Source of the DNA: an uncultured Pelagibacteraceae bacterium
GTDB lineage: Bacteria > Pseudomonadota > Alphaproteobacteria > Pelagibacterales > Pelagibacteraceae
Assembly (NCBI GenBank): GCA_902606065.1
Contig: CACLEX010000001.1
Span: 262-64,261, forward strand
Direction: 5' to 3'
Length of the DNA: 64,000 bases
In this document: positions 42,342-51,058 of the stretch, one piece after another
How positions within the stretch are numbered: the stretch's first letter is position 1
How the letters are laid out: each line of letters opens with the position of its first letter
The notes under the pieces: model-generated
Seen by the model: only the letters and a program-made list of their open reading frames with translations
Databases searched by the model: none
What the model was told of the DNA's origin: nothing
Made by a program: the position numbers and the translations under genes

Positions 42342-42349
42342 TTGTCTTT

Positions 42350-42392
42350 AATCTAATTGCTAGTTGAAATTATTCAACAGAGTAATTAGATT
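42350..42392. promoter_or_regulatory. Mirror-symmetric divergent promoter between fxsA and the Tim44 gene
   Basis: Plus strand TTGAAA-N17-TAGATT; minus strand TTGAAT-N16-TAGATT; the region is an imperfect 43-bp palindrome. Confidence 0.55.
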
Positions 42393-42398
42393 GGTATC

Positions 42399-42995
42399 AT
42401 GAATTATAGTTTTGAATACATCGATATCATACTATTAGCAATGATTGCTGGATTTATCTTTTTAAGATTAAGAGGTATTCTTGGAAAAAGAACTGGTTTT
42501 GAGGGAAAAAACCCTCAACAATTTCAAGAAATTTTAAAAGAAGTTCACCAAGAAAGTAATTTAAAAAAAGAAGAGAATTTTGATAAAAAAGCTCAAAACG
42601 AATTTTTAAAAGGAGCAAAGATTGCTTATGAAACTATAATTACTGATTTTAGTGACAATGATAACAAGTTAATAGCCAGCAAACCTTTGCTAAGTAAAGA
42701 AATTTATGATGAGTTTAACAAAGCTCTTAAAGATAGAGGTGATAGAGGCCATTATGCTGAAATAACATTTATTGGAATAAAATCAGCGGATATTAAAGAA
42801 CACAAAAAAATCGACAAAGCTCTTCAGGTTACAGTAGATTTCGTCAGCGAGATCATCACTTGTATAAGAGATAAAGAGAAAAAAATCGTTTCAGGAAGTC
42901 CTGATAAGATCAAAACTATTTATGACACTTGGACGTTTTCGAGAGATATGAGATCTAACAACCCGAATTGGTTGTTAGTAAATACTCTCAATTAA
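42399..42995 (+). CDS. Tim44/TimA family protein
   Basis: FIFLRLRGILGKRTG, FLKGAKIAYE, DTWTFSRD...NPNWLLV. Confidence 0.92.
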   Translation: MNYSFEYIDIILLAMIAGFIFLRLRGILGKRTGFEGKNPQQFQEILKEVHQESNLKKEENFDKKAQNEFLKGAKIAYETIITDFSDNDNKLIASKPLLSKEIYDEFNKALKDRGDRGHYAEITFIGIKSADIKEHKKIDKALQVTVDFVSEIITCIRDKEKKIVSGSPDKIKTIYDTWTFSRDMRSNNPNWLLVNTLN

Positions 42996-43406
42996 GTGAG
43001 TAGTAAAATTTCAGAAAAAGATAAAAAAATTTGGGAAGAATTTTTATCAAATAATCAAAAATTACCAGACAAAGATAATTTTCAATCAGAAATAAAATCT
43101 AAAAAAACTAGATCGTTAGATCTTCATGGTAAAACTCTAGATGAGGCAAATCAAATTATTGAGAACTTTATTAGAAAATCTTATGAAGACAAAGTTCATA
43201 AACTTATAATTGTTACAGGCAAAGGTCTTCATTCCAGCAATGAGAAAGATCCGTATGTTTCAAAAGATTTAGGTATTTTGAAGTACTCAATACCTAATTT
43301 TTTAAAAAACAATTATCAGTTGATGGAACTCATCTCAAATATTAGCGAAGCAAGTATAGAGGATGGTGGTAGTGGTGCTTTTTACATCTTTCTAAAAAAG
43401 AAATAA
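42996..43406 (+). CDS. Smr/MutS2-domain protein
   Basis: LDLHG, IVTGKG, DGGSGAFYI. Confidence 0.92.
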   Translation: MSSKISEKDKKIWEEFLSNNQKLPDKDNFQSEIKSKKTRSLDLHGKTLDEANQIIENFIRKSYEDKVHKLIIVTGKGLHSSNEKDPYVSKDLGILKYSIPNFLKNNYQLMELISNISEASIEDGGSGAFYIFLKKK

Positions 43407-43447
43407 ATTATTTATTTTAAATAATTTAGAAATATAATGTGTTTATA

Positions 43448-44209
43448 ATGATAGTTTGGATAGCATCTTACCCACAAAGTGAAAATGATTTTGTCAGGTC
43501 TCTATTATCCTCATACATATTTTCTAAAGATGGAAGTTTTCATTCTGAATTACTTGAAAATATCGATCTTTTTCCAAGCAATTCTCTATTTAACCAACTT
43601 GGTGTGAATATAAATAATGAAGAAGAAATGTATGAAAATTATATTAATTCACAAAAAATTTTAAATAAAAAAGACAGCATAATGTTTTTAAAAACCCACA
43701 GCTGTTTTGTAAATACCAATAAATTTAAATTTACTGACAGACATAATACACTTGGTGTTATTTATATTGTAAGAGACCCAAAAAATATAATTCCTTCAAT
43801 CTCCCAAGATTTTAAGATTACAGAAGATCAATCTTTAAAATTTTTGTTATCCGAAACTTTTTTTGGAAAGGATTCTGATTCTCACTGCACTACTTATTTG
43901 GGTTCATGGAAAAGTCATTATAATTCTTGGAAAGTTTTTAGAAGATTTAATAAATATTTATTAGTTAGATATGAGGATTTAGTTAATGAAACAGACAAAA
44001 CTTTTTTGAATATTCTTAAATTTATTGCTCATTTAGGTCGCGTGAATTTTACTTTGGATGAAAAAAAATATGAGAACTCATTAAAAACGTCAGAAATAAA
44101 AAAAAAGAGTGATAACGAGTTTAAAAAATTTGATCAAATAAACACAAAAACTAAAGCAAGCTTGGAAAAAGAATTAAAAAATGAATTGAAAGAGCTTAAT
44201 TATTTATAA
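43448..44209 (+). CDS. Sulfotransferase-domain protein with degenerate PAPS-binding loop
   Basis: IVWIASYPQSE, FLKTHS, IYIVRDP, GSWKSHYNSW, VRYEDL; likely start 43448. Confidence 0.8.
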   Translation: MIVWIASYPQSENDFVRSLLSSYIFSKDGSFHSELLENIDLFPSNSLFNQLGVNINNEEEMYENYINSQKILNKKDSIMFLKTHSCFVNTNKFKFTDRHNTLGVIYIVRDPKNIIPSISQDFKITEDQSLKFLLSETFFGKDSDSHCTTYLGSWKSHYNSWKVFRRFNKYLLVRYEDLVNETDKTFLNILKFIAHLGRVNFTLDEKKYENSLKTSEIKKKSDNEFKKFDQINTKTKASLEKELKNELKELNYL

Positions 44210-44214
44210 AAGTT

Positions 44215-45588
44215 TTAAAGGATAAATTTAGATAAGTCTGTATCTTTTACGAGTGTATCAAGATTTTTGTTTATATATTCTTTATTTATAATAATTTTTT
44301 CACCAGCCCTGTCAGTAGCGGTAAAACTAATTTCATCCAATATCTTTTCAATAATTGTATGTAATCTTCTTGCACCAATATTTTCTACAGTTGCATTAAC
44401 CTCAGAAGCTATATTGGCGATTGCATCGATTCCGTCTTCTGCAAATTCCAAATCCACATTTTCTGTCTTTAATAAAGCAACATATTGTTTAATTAAACTA
44501 TAGTCTGGTTCTTTTAGAATTCTTTTAAAGTCTGCGCTTGTTAAAGCTTCTAACTCTACTCTAATAGGTAATCTTCCTTGAAGTTCGGGTAATAGGTCTG
44601 ATGGTTTAGCAAGTTGGAAAGCTCCTGATGCAATGAACAAAATGTGATCTGTTTTAATAGGACCATATTTTGTGTTAACTGTTGTGCCCTCAATTAGAGG
44701 TAACAAATCTCTCTGAACTCCTTCTCTTGATACATCTCCCCCAACTCTATCAGTCCTGCCTGAAATTTTATCAATTTCATCTAAAAAAACTATTCCATTA
44801 TTTTCGGTTGAAATTTTAGCCGCCTTAATAATTTTATCCTGTTCAATTAATTTATCAGACTCATCATTAATCAAAATTTCATGAGACTCTTTCACAGTCA
44901 TTTTTTTTTTCTTTTCTTTAGTCCCCATTGACTTCCCAAGCATTTCTCCAATATTGATCATTCCAACATTTGCTCCAGGCATACCTGGAATTTCAAATGA
45001 GGTGCCACCTCCACCTGTGTCACTTACAGCTATTTCAATTTCATTGTTATCTAAGTCACCATCTCTTAATCTTTTTCTAAAACTTTCTCTAGTTGCCGTA
45101 CTTGCCTTTTTTCCAACTAAAGCGTCTAAAACTTTTTCTTCTGCCATTTTTTGGGCTTTTGCATAAACTTCTTTTCTCTTTTTTACTTTTTCCATTGAAA
45201 TAGCAATTTCAATTAAATCTCTCACTATTTGTTCAACATCTCTTCCCACATATCCTACTTCCGTAAATCTTGTAGCTTCGACTTTTACGAATGGTGCTTC
45301 AGCTAGCTTTGATAATCTTCTAGATATTTCAGTTTTACCAACTCCAGTTGGTCCAATCATAAGGATGTTTTTTGGCAGAACCTCATTTTTCATTTCACCT
45401 TTTAAAGCTTGTCTTCGCCATCTATTTCTCAGAGCTACAGCAACAGCTTTTTTAGCTTTATTTTGGCCGACTACAAACCTATCTAATTCTGAAACGATTT
45501 CTCTTGGCGATAATGAGCTAACTAAAGTTTCAGTATCTTTAGAATTTTTATCTTTTGGAACGAGAGGTGTAACGTTTGATTTTTCCAT
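44215..45588 (-). CDS. hslU: ATP-dependent protease ATPase subunit HslU
   Basis: [46 protein letters not shown]. Confidence 0.99.
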   Translation of the reverse strand: MEKSNVTPLVPKDKNSKDTETLVSSLSPREIVSELDRFVVGQNKAKKAVAVALRNRWRRQALKGEMKNEVLPKNILMIGPTGVGKTEISRRLSKLAEAPFVKVEATRFTEVGYVGRDVEQIVRDLIEIAISMEKVKKRKEVYAKAQKMAEEKVLDALVGKKASTATRESFRKRLRDGDLDNNEIEIAVSDTGGGGTSFEIPGMPGANVGMINIGEMLGKSMGTKEKKKKMTVKESHEILINDESDKLIEQDKIIKAAKISTENNGIVFLDEIDKISGRTDRVGGDVSREGVQRDLLPLIEGTTVNTKYGPIKTDHILFIASGAFQLAKPSDLLPELQGRLPIRVELEALTSADFKRILKEPDYSLIKQYVALLKTENVDLEFAEDGIDAIANIASEVNATVENIGARRLHTIIEKILDEISFTATDRAGEKIIINKEYINKNLDTLVKDTDLSKFIL

Positions 45589-46103
45589 TATATTTTTTCA
45601 ATCTTAATATTATTGTTTGTAAAAACACAAATTTCTGAAGCAACTTCAATAGCTTTCTTTGCCACTTCTTCAGCACTCATATCTGTGCTCATTAAAACCT
45701 TTCCAGCTGCTAAAGCATAATTTCCACCTGATCCAATTCCAATGACATCACCCTCTGGCTCAAGCACATCTCCAGTTCCAGATATAATATAACTATTATC
45801 TTTGTCACCAATAGCCATAAGTGCCTCAAGTCTTCTTAAGTATTTATCAGTTCGCCAATCTTTTGCTAATTCAACAGCAGCCCTTGATAAGTTTCCTGCA
45901 TGTTTTTCTATTTTAGCCTCTAATCTCTCAAACAAAGTTAAAGCATCAGCAGTGGAACCTGCAAATCCAGCGACAACATCTCTTTTCTCAATTTTTCTCA
46001 CTTTTGACGCAGTACTTTTTACAACAGTGTTTCCCATACTAACCTGACCATCACCAGCAACTACCACTTCATTATTTTTTCTAACTAAAACAATCGTTGT
46101 CAT
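45588..46103 (-). CDS. hslV: ATP-dependent protease peptidase subunit HslV
   Basis: N-terminal [32 protein letters not shown]. Confidence 0.99.
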   Translation of the reverse strand: MTTIVLVRKNNEVVVAGDGQVSMGNTVVKSTASKVRKIEKRDVVAGFAGSTADALTLFERLEAKIEKHAGNLSRAAVELAKDWRTDKYLRRLEALMAIGDKDNSYIISGTGDVLEPEGDVIGIGSGGNYALAAGKVLMSTDMSAEEVAKKAIEVASEICVFTNNNIKIEKI

Positions 46104-46110
46104 AGCTTAT

Positions 46111-46138
46111 AAATGGATACTAAATTTGATAGTTCAAG
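46111..46138 (-). promoter_or_regulatory. Putative RpoH-type promoter of hslVU
   Basis: Minus strand CTTGAA-N16-CCATTT, 7 nt before the hslV ATG. Confidence 0.62.
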
Positions 46139-46194
46139 CCCAGGTTTAGTATTATTGCCATATTTGGATAATATATGTATACCTCTTTTTAATT

Positions 46195-46785
46195 ATGAAG
46201 CGTAAAGGTAAAATTAGTCGAAAAACAAAAGAGACCAGTATAAGTGTTGATCTTAACATTGATGGTAAAGGTAAATATAAGATCGATACTGGAATTGGAT
46301 TTCTTAATCATATGCTTGAGCAGTTATCTAAGCATTCATCAATAGATATGAGTATAAAAGCTAAAGGAGACACCCATATTGATCTTCACCACACAACTGA
46401 GGACACAGGTATAGCAATTGGTGAGGCTTTAAAAAAAGCATTAAAAAAATCTGTTGGTATTAGAAGATATGCGCATGCGATGATACCAATGGATGAAACT
46501 TTATCGCGTGTTGCAATTGATATTTCAAACAGACCATACTTAATTTGGAAAGTAAAATTAAAAGTCGAAAAGCTTGGTGAGATGGATACAGAACTATTTA
46601 AAGAATGGTTTCAAGCTTTTTCTCAAGCAGCAGGAATTACTTTGCACGTAGAAAATATTTATGGTGATAATAGCCACCACATAATTGAGTCTTGTTTCAA
46701 AGGATTGGCAAGATCATTAAGAGCTGCATTGGAGATAGACCCTAGGAACAGTAAATCAATTCCATCTACTAAAGGCTCATTATAA
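46195..46785 (+). CDS. hisB: Imidazoleglycerol-phosphate dehydratase
   Basis: [36 protein letters not shown]. Confidence 0.98.
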   Translation: MKRKGKISRKTKETSISVDLNIDGKGKYKIDTGIGFLNHMLEQLSKHSSIDMSIKAKGDTHIDLHHTTEDTGIAIGEALKKALKKSVGIRRYAHAMIPMDETLSRVAIDISNRPYLIWKVKLKVEKLGEMDTELFKEWFQAFSQAAGITLHVENIYGDNSHHIIESCFKGLARSLRAALEIDPRNSKSIPSTKGSL

Positions 46786-46790
46786 AATTA

Positions 46791-47417
46791 ATGAAAATTA
46801 CTATCGTTGATTATAACTCGGGCAATTTAAGCTCGGTAATAAACTCATTTAAAGAAGTTGCCAAAGATAAGGTAAATATTGAGGTTACTGGTGATTTAAA
46901 TAAAATTAAATCTAGCGACAAAGTAGTTTTACCAGGGCAAGGCTCATTTAAAAGTTGTGTAGATGCTTTAAATAAAATTAATGGTCTAACAGAGGCTTTA
47001 CATGAATTTGCAATGAATAATAAAAAACCACTTCTTGGAATTTGTGTTGGTTTACAAATGTTTGCAGATATTGGTTATGAGGAAACTGAAACTAAAGGCT
47101 TAGGTTGGATATCTGGTAAAGTCTCAAAAATAGATAATCAAAATGGAAAATACAAACTTCCTCATATTGGTTGGAACCAGATAAATATTGTCAAACAAAG
47201 TAAGATTTTTGAAAATATAAAAAATAATTCACACATGTACTTTGTGCATAGTTATGAATTTATTCCAGAAGATAAAAATGTAATTTCAGCTACAACAGAT
47301 TATTCATCAAATATCGTTTGCTCTGTTGAAACAGAAAACATTTTTGGAACACAGTTTCATCCTGAAAAAAGCGATAAATTGGGGCTTAAAATAATTGATA
47401 ATTTTATAAATATATAA
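46791..47417 (+). CDS. hisH: Imidazole glycerol phosphate synthase glutaminase subunit
   Basis: LPGQG, GICVGLQ, PHIGWN, YFVHSY, QFHPEKS. Confidence 0.98.
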   Translation: MKITIVDYNSGNLSSVINSFKEVAKDKVNIEVTGDLNKIKSSDKVVLPGQGSFKSCVDALNKINGLTEALHEFAMNNKKPLLGICVGLQMFADIGYEETETKGLGWISGKVSKIDNQNGKYKLPHIGWNQINIVKQSKIFENIKNNSHMYFVHSYEFIPEDKNVISATTDYSSNIVCSVETENIFGTQFHPEKSDKLGLKIIDNFINI

Positions 47418-47421
47418 ATTT

Positions 47422-47565
47422 ATGAGTAAATTTATTTTTATAATCCTGTGTTATTTTTTTCTTACCGCATGTAAAAATGTTCAAAATGTAGAAAATACAA
47501 AGAAAAAAAGTTTGAATAAAGAATTTTCAATTTCTATTGAACCTAATTTAAAAACAAATAAATGA
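47422..47565 (+). CDS. Small lipoprotein (47 aa), not in ORF track
   Basis: [47 protein letters not shown]; lipobox LTAC; ATGA overlap with hisA. Confidence 0.75.
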   Translation: MSKFIFIILCYFFLTACKNVQNVENTKKKSLNKEFSISIEPNLKTNK

Positions 47566-48278
47566 AGATATTTCCAGCAATTGATATCAAAGATAAAAAG
47601 TGCGTGAGGTTAGTTAAAGGAGATTTTAATAATAAAACTGAGTATGAAATGTCTCCAGTTGAACAAGCTGGTAAATATAAAGATCATGGCTTTAAAAATT
47701 TACATATAGTTGATTTGGATGGAGCTTTGACTGGCGAAACCACTAATTTAGACATCATCCAAGATATAGTAAGTAAATTTGATCTTAAAATTGAGGTTGG
47801 CGGTGGTATTAGAAATTTTCAAAATATTAAAAAATATATTGATGCTGGAGTAGAAAAAGTAATTTTGGGGAGTGCTGCAATAAAAGATAAAAATTTTTTA
47901 AAAGAGGCGTGCGAAAAATTTCCAAATAAAATTGCCTTAGGTTTGGATGCTAAAGATGGATTTTTATCAGTATCTGGTTGGAAGGAAAATTCTAATCGGT
48001 TAACTCTAGATTATTTAAAAGAGGTAAATGGTTATGGTGTTAGCAGATTGATTTATACTGATATCAACCGAGATGGTATGAAGCAAAGCCCAAATTTTGA
48101 GGAGACTTCTAAAGTTGCGGACAAATCAAATTGTCCTGTCATTATTTCTGGTGGTGTTTCATCGATAGATGATATCAAAAAAGCTAAAACTTTGAAAAAT
48201 ATTGAGGGTATAATAGTTGGCAAAGCTATTTATGATGGAGATATAAAGTTAGAGGATCTAGTAAAAGAAGATGCTTAA
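47562..48278 (+). CDS. hisA: ProFAR isomerase HisA
   Basis: [38 protein letters not shown]. Confidence 0.97.
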   Translation: MKIFPAIDIKDKKCVRLVKGDFNNKTEYEMSPVEQAGKYKDHGFKNLHIVDLDGALTGETTNLDIIQDIVSKFDLKIEVGGGIRNFQNIKKYIDAGVEKVILGSAAIKDKNFLKEACEKFPNKIALGLDAKDGFLSVSGWKENSNRLTLDYLKEVNGYGVSRLIYTDINRDGMKQSPNFEETSKVADKSNCPVIISGGVSSIDDIKKAKTLKNIEGIIVGKAIYDGDIKLEDLVKEDA

Positions 48279-49026
48279 AAATAGAATAATTCCTTGTTTA
48301 GATGTTAAGAATGGACGTGTTGTTAAAGGTGTCAACTTTGTTGATCTAAAAGATGCAGGCGATCCAGTTGAACAAGCAAAAATTTATTCTGATGGAGGAG
48401 CAGATGAAATATGTTTTTTAGATATTACTGCTTCAAACGAAAATAGAGATACAATTTATAATGTAGTTGAGAGAACATCAAAAAAATGTTTTGTACCTTT
48501 AACTGTTGGTGGGGGGGTAAGAAGTATAGACGATATCAATAAATTATTAAATTGTGGCGCAGATAAAGTATCAATTAATACTGCAGCTGTTGAAAATCCA
48601 AAAGTTATTTTAGATAGTTCAAAAAAGTTTGGTTCACAATGTATTGTTGTTGCAATTGATGCGAAGAAAAATGGAGACAAGTGGGAAATATTTACCCATG
48701 GAGGTAGAAACAATAGTGGTCTTGATGCTTTAGAGTATGCCAAAAAAATGGAAGATAATGGGGCAGGAGAATTGTTAGTTACCTCTATGGATAGAGATGG
48801 AACACAAATAGGTTATGACGTCGATTTGATGAGCAAAATTGCATCAAAAGTAAATATACCTTTAATTGCATCAGGAGGTGTTGGGAACCTAGATCATTTG
48901 GTTGATGGAATTAAGTTGGGAAATGCAAGTGCAGTTTTAGCAGCTTCAATATTTCACTATGGAAAACACTCAGTGCAAGAGGCTAAGGAATATTTGGACT
49001 CAAAAGGAATACCTGTTAGAATTTAG
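48271..49026 (+). CDS. hisF: Imidazole glycerol phosphate synthase cyclase subunit
   Basis: [35 protein letters not shown]. Confidence 0.98.
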   Translation: MLKNRIIPCLDVKNGRVVKGVNFVDLKDAGDPVEQAKIYSDGGADEICFLDITASNENRDTIYNVVERTSKKCFVPLTVGGGVRSIDDINKLLNCGADKVSINTAAVENPKVILDSSKKFGSQCIVVAIDAKKNGDKWEIFTHGGRNNSGLDALEYAKKMEDNGAGELLVTSMDRDGTQIGYDVDLMSKIASKVNIPLIASGGVGNLDHLVDGIKLGNASAVLAASIFHYGKHSVQEAKEYLDSKGIPVRI

Positions 49027-49027
49027 C

Positions 49028-49309
49028 ATGCTAAGTACACTTGAAAATTTATTTAAGCTCGCGCGTGAAAGAAAAGAAAAGCCAGTTGATGGATCTTATA
49101 CTAATAAATTATTATCAGATAAATCACTAAGCAAATCAAAAGTTCTAGAGGAAATAAATGAACTTATTGAGGCTGTAGATAAAGATACTAATAAAATACA
49201 TGAAGCTGCTGATGTATTTTATCATTTGATAATTTATCTTGAGGCTCATAATATAAAAATTGAAGATATCGAGGAAGAGCTAGAAAAAAGAAAAAAATCA
49301 AATGAGTAA
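49028..49309 (+). CDS. hisE: Phosphoribosyl-ATP diphosphatase
   Basis: SYTNKLL, KVLEE, HEAADVFYH, ELEKR; likely start 49028. Confidence 0.93.
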   Translation: MLSTLENLFKLARERKEKPVDGSYTNKLLSDKSLSKSKVLEEINELIEAVDKDTNKIHEAADVFYHLIIYLEAHNIKIEDIEEELEKRKKSNE

Positions 49310-49646
49310 AATCAAATATATCGTAATTTTAATTGTTTGTTACGGACTTTATAAGGGTTACGTTGCTTTTACAGAATTTGAAATAGGTGTCTCAGATAGG
49401 GTCACCAAATTGGAAGAGGCAGCTGATATTGAAAAACAAGGAGAAGTTATTGCATTAATGATGTATTTAGGTGATCCACCTGAGTTAAATGAACATTTAT
49501 TGGTGAAAAATGAGTCTAAATGTTTAGATATGAAGCAAATAGCCGAAGAGACATCTTTTGCTTATTACGAATGTGCTGTTGTAGATGCTAATATTAGAGG
49601 TGGTAAAATAATTAGCATAAATGAGGAGTTAAAAGTTTTAGAATGA
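49302..49646 (+). CDS. Hypothetical membrane-anchored protein
   Basis: 114 aa, N-terminal hydrophobic helix, overlaps both neighbours as in translational coupling. Confidence 0.7.
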   Translation: MSKIKYIVILIVCYGLYKGYVAFTEFEIGVSDRVTKLEEAADIEKQGEVIALMMYLGDPPELNEHLLVKNESKCLDMKQIAEETSFAYYECAVVDANIRGGKIISINEELKVLE

Positions 49647-50008
49647 CGTATGATGAAAACAATATTTTTGCAAAAATTTTAAGAGGTGAAATTCCTTGTA
49701 AAAAAATTTATGAAGATGAGTTTGTATTATCTTTTCACGACATAAATCCTCAAAAAAAAATTCACGCACTTGTAATTCCAAAAGGAAAATATATAGATTT
49801 AGATGATTTCAGTAATAAAGCTTCACCAGATGAGATAGTAGGATTATTAAAAGGTATCAATATAGTAGCGAAAAAACTTGGTATTTCAGTTGATACAGGC
49901 AAAGGATACAGAGCATTAGCAAATATTAATGAATATGGTGGTCAAGAAGTGCCTCATCTTCATTTTCACTTATTTGGTGGCGAACCAGTTGGTAAGATGG
50001 TGCAGTGA
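49643..50008 (+). CDS. HIT (histidine triad) nucleotide-binding protein
   Basis: NIFAKILRGEIP, GQEVPHLHFHLFGG. Confidence 0.95.
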   Translation: MTYDENNIFAKILRGEIPCKKIYEDEFVLSFHDINPQKKIHALVIPKGKYIDLDDFSNKASPDEIVGLLKGINIVAKKLGISVDTGKGYRALANINEYGGQEVPHLHFHLFGGEPVGKMVQ

Positions 50009-50508
50009 ATAAAAAAGTTGAGAGAAATTATTTAGAAATATCTTACTTGAAAGATTTAAAAGATTCTTCAAATTTATCAGACCACTACTCAATAAATTTA
50101 GTCGATCCAGTTGATTTTCAGTTAAATAAATTTTTTTATAAAAATATTGGCAAAAGTCATCATTGGGTAGACCGACTAGTGTGGAGTGAAAAACAATGGC
50201 TGGGCTATGTTTCTGATAAAAAAGTTAAAACCTATGTATTGAAGGATAAGGATGAATTAGCAGGTTATTTTGAATTAATTTTACACACAGATAAAAATGA
50301 AGTTGAGATCGCTTATTTGGGTGTATTGGAAGAATACCAAAATAAAAAATTAGGTTCATATCTATTATCTGCAGCTATTAAAAATTCCTTTAGAGAAAAA
50401 CCTAAAAGAGTCTGGGTCCATACGTGTTCATTAGATCATAAAAATGCGTTAAATAATTATATTGCGAGAGGTATGAAGGTTTTTAAAACAGAAACTGTAG
50501 TAATTTAA
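50005..50508 (+). CDS. GNAT family N-acetyltransferase
   Basis: EIAYLGVLEEYQNKKLGSYLL, RVWVHTCSLDHKNALNNYIARG. Confidence 0.88.
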   Translation: MNKKVERNYLEISYLKDLKDSSNLSDHYSINLVDPVDFQLNKFFYKNIGKSHHWVDRLVWSEKQWLGYVSDKKVKTYVLKDKDELAGYFELILHTDKNEVEIAYLGVLEEYQNKKLGSYLLSAAIKNSFREKPKRVWVHTCSLDHKNALNNYIARGMKVFKTETVVI

Positions 50509-50509
50509 A

Positions 50510-51058
50510 TTAGTTTTGTTGTGGAAGTTTAAATATTTCCTTTTTTATTTTTTGATTTCTTTTAATGGAAGAAAGATAGGTAATACTAACATTCTGATAA
50601 ATATCTACTGTTTGCCATCCAATTAAGTTATAAGTTTTCTTATCAAAAAATAGATTTATCTCATTTTCATTTTCTGTAAAATTAAAGTTTATAAAGTCAT
50701 CACTTACTTCCCTTTGATCTAAACTTTTTATTTTTCTTAATAAATATTCTTTATTGAGAATTGTATCCAGAGGAGTTTTTTCAAGTGGATAAAAATAATA
50801 ACTACTTAATGTTTTGATAACTAATGATTTTCCATTTGCAACTAAAACCTTCTGATTACTTAAATTATATTTACAATAAATTTTTTTTGGATACTCAATT
50901 ATACAATTACCATTTTCAATCTTACCATTAATATTTTGTTCAAAATCAAATGATACATTTTTAATATCTGTAAATTTTTTAATTATATTTTCTTTTATCG
51001 ATGCCGAGACATTGGAAATTGTTGAAAAAAAAACTAGGACAATAAAAAATTTTTTCAT
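50510..51058 (-). CDS. lolA: Outer-membrane lipoprotein carrier LolA
   Basis: Signal peptide, FDFEQ, VANGKSL, YPLEKTPL; directly after ftsK. Confidence 0.85.
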   Translation of the reverse strand: MKKFFIVLVFFSTISNVSASIKENIIKKFTDIKNVSFDFEQNINGKIENGNCIIEYPKKIYCKYNLSNQKVLVANGKSLVIKTLSSYYFYPLEKTPLDTILNKEYLLRKIKSLDQREVSDDFINFNFTENENEINLFFDKKTYNLIGWQTVDIYQNVSITYLSSIKRNQKIKKEIFKLPQQN

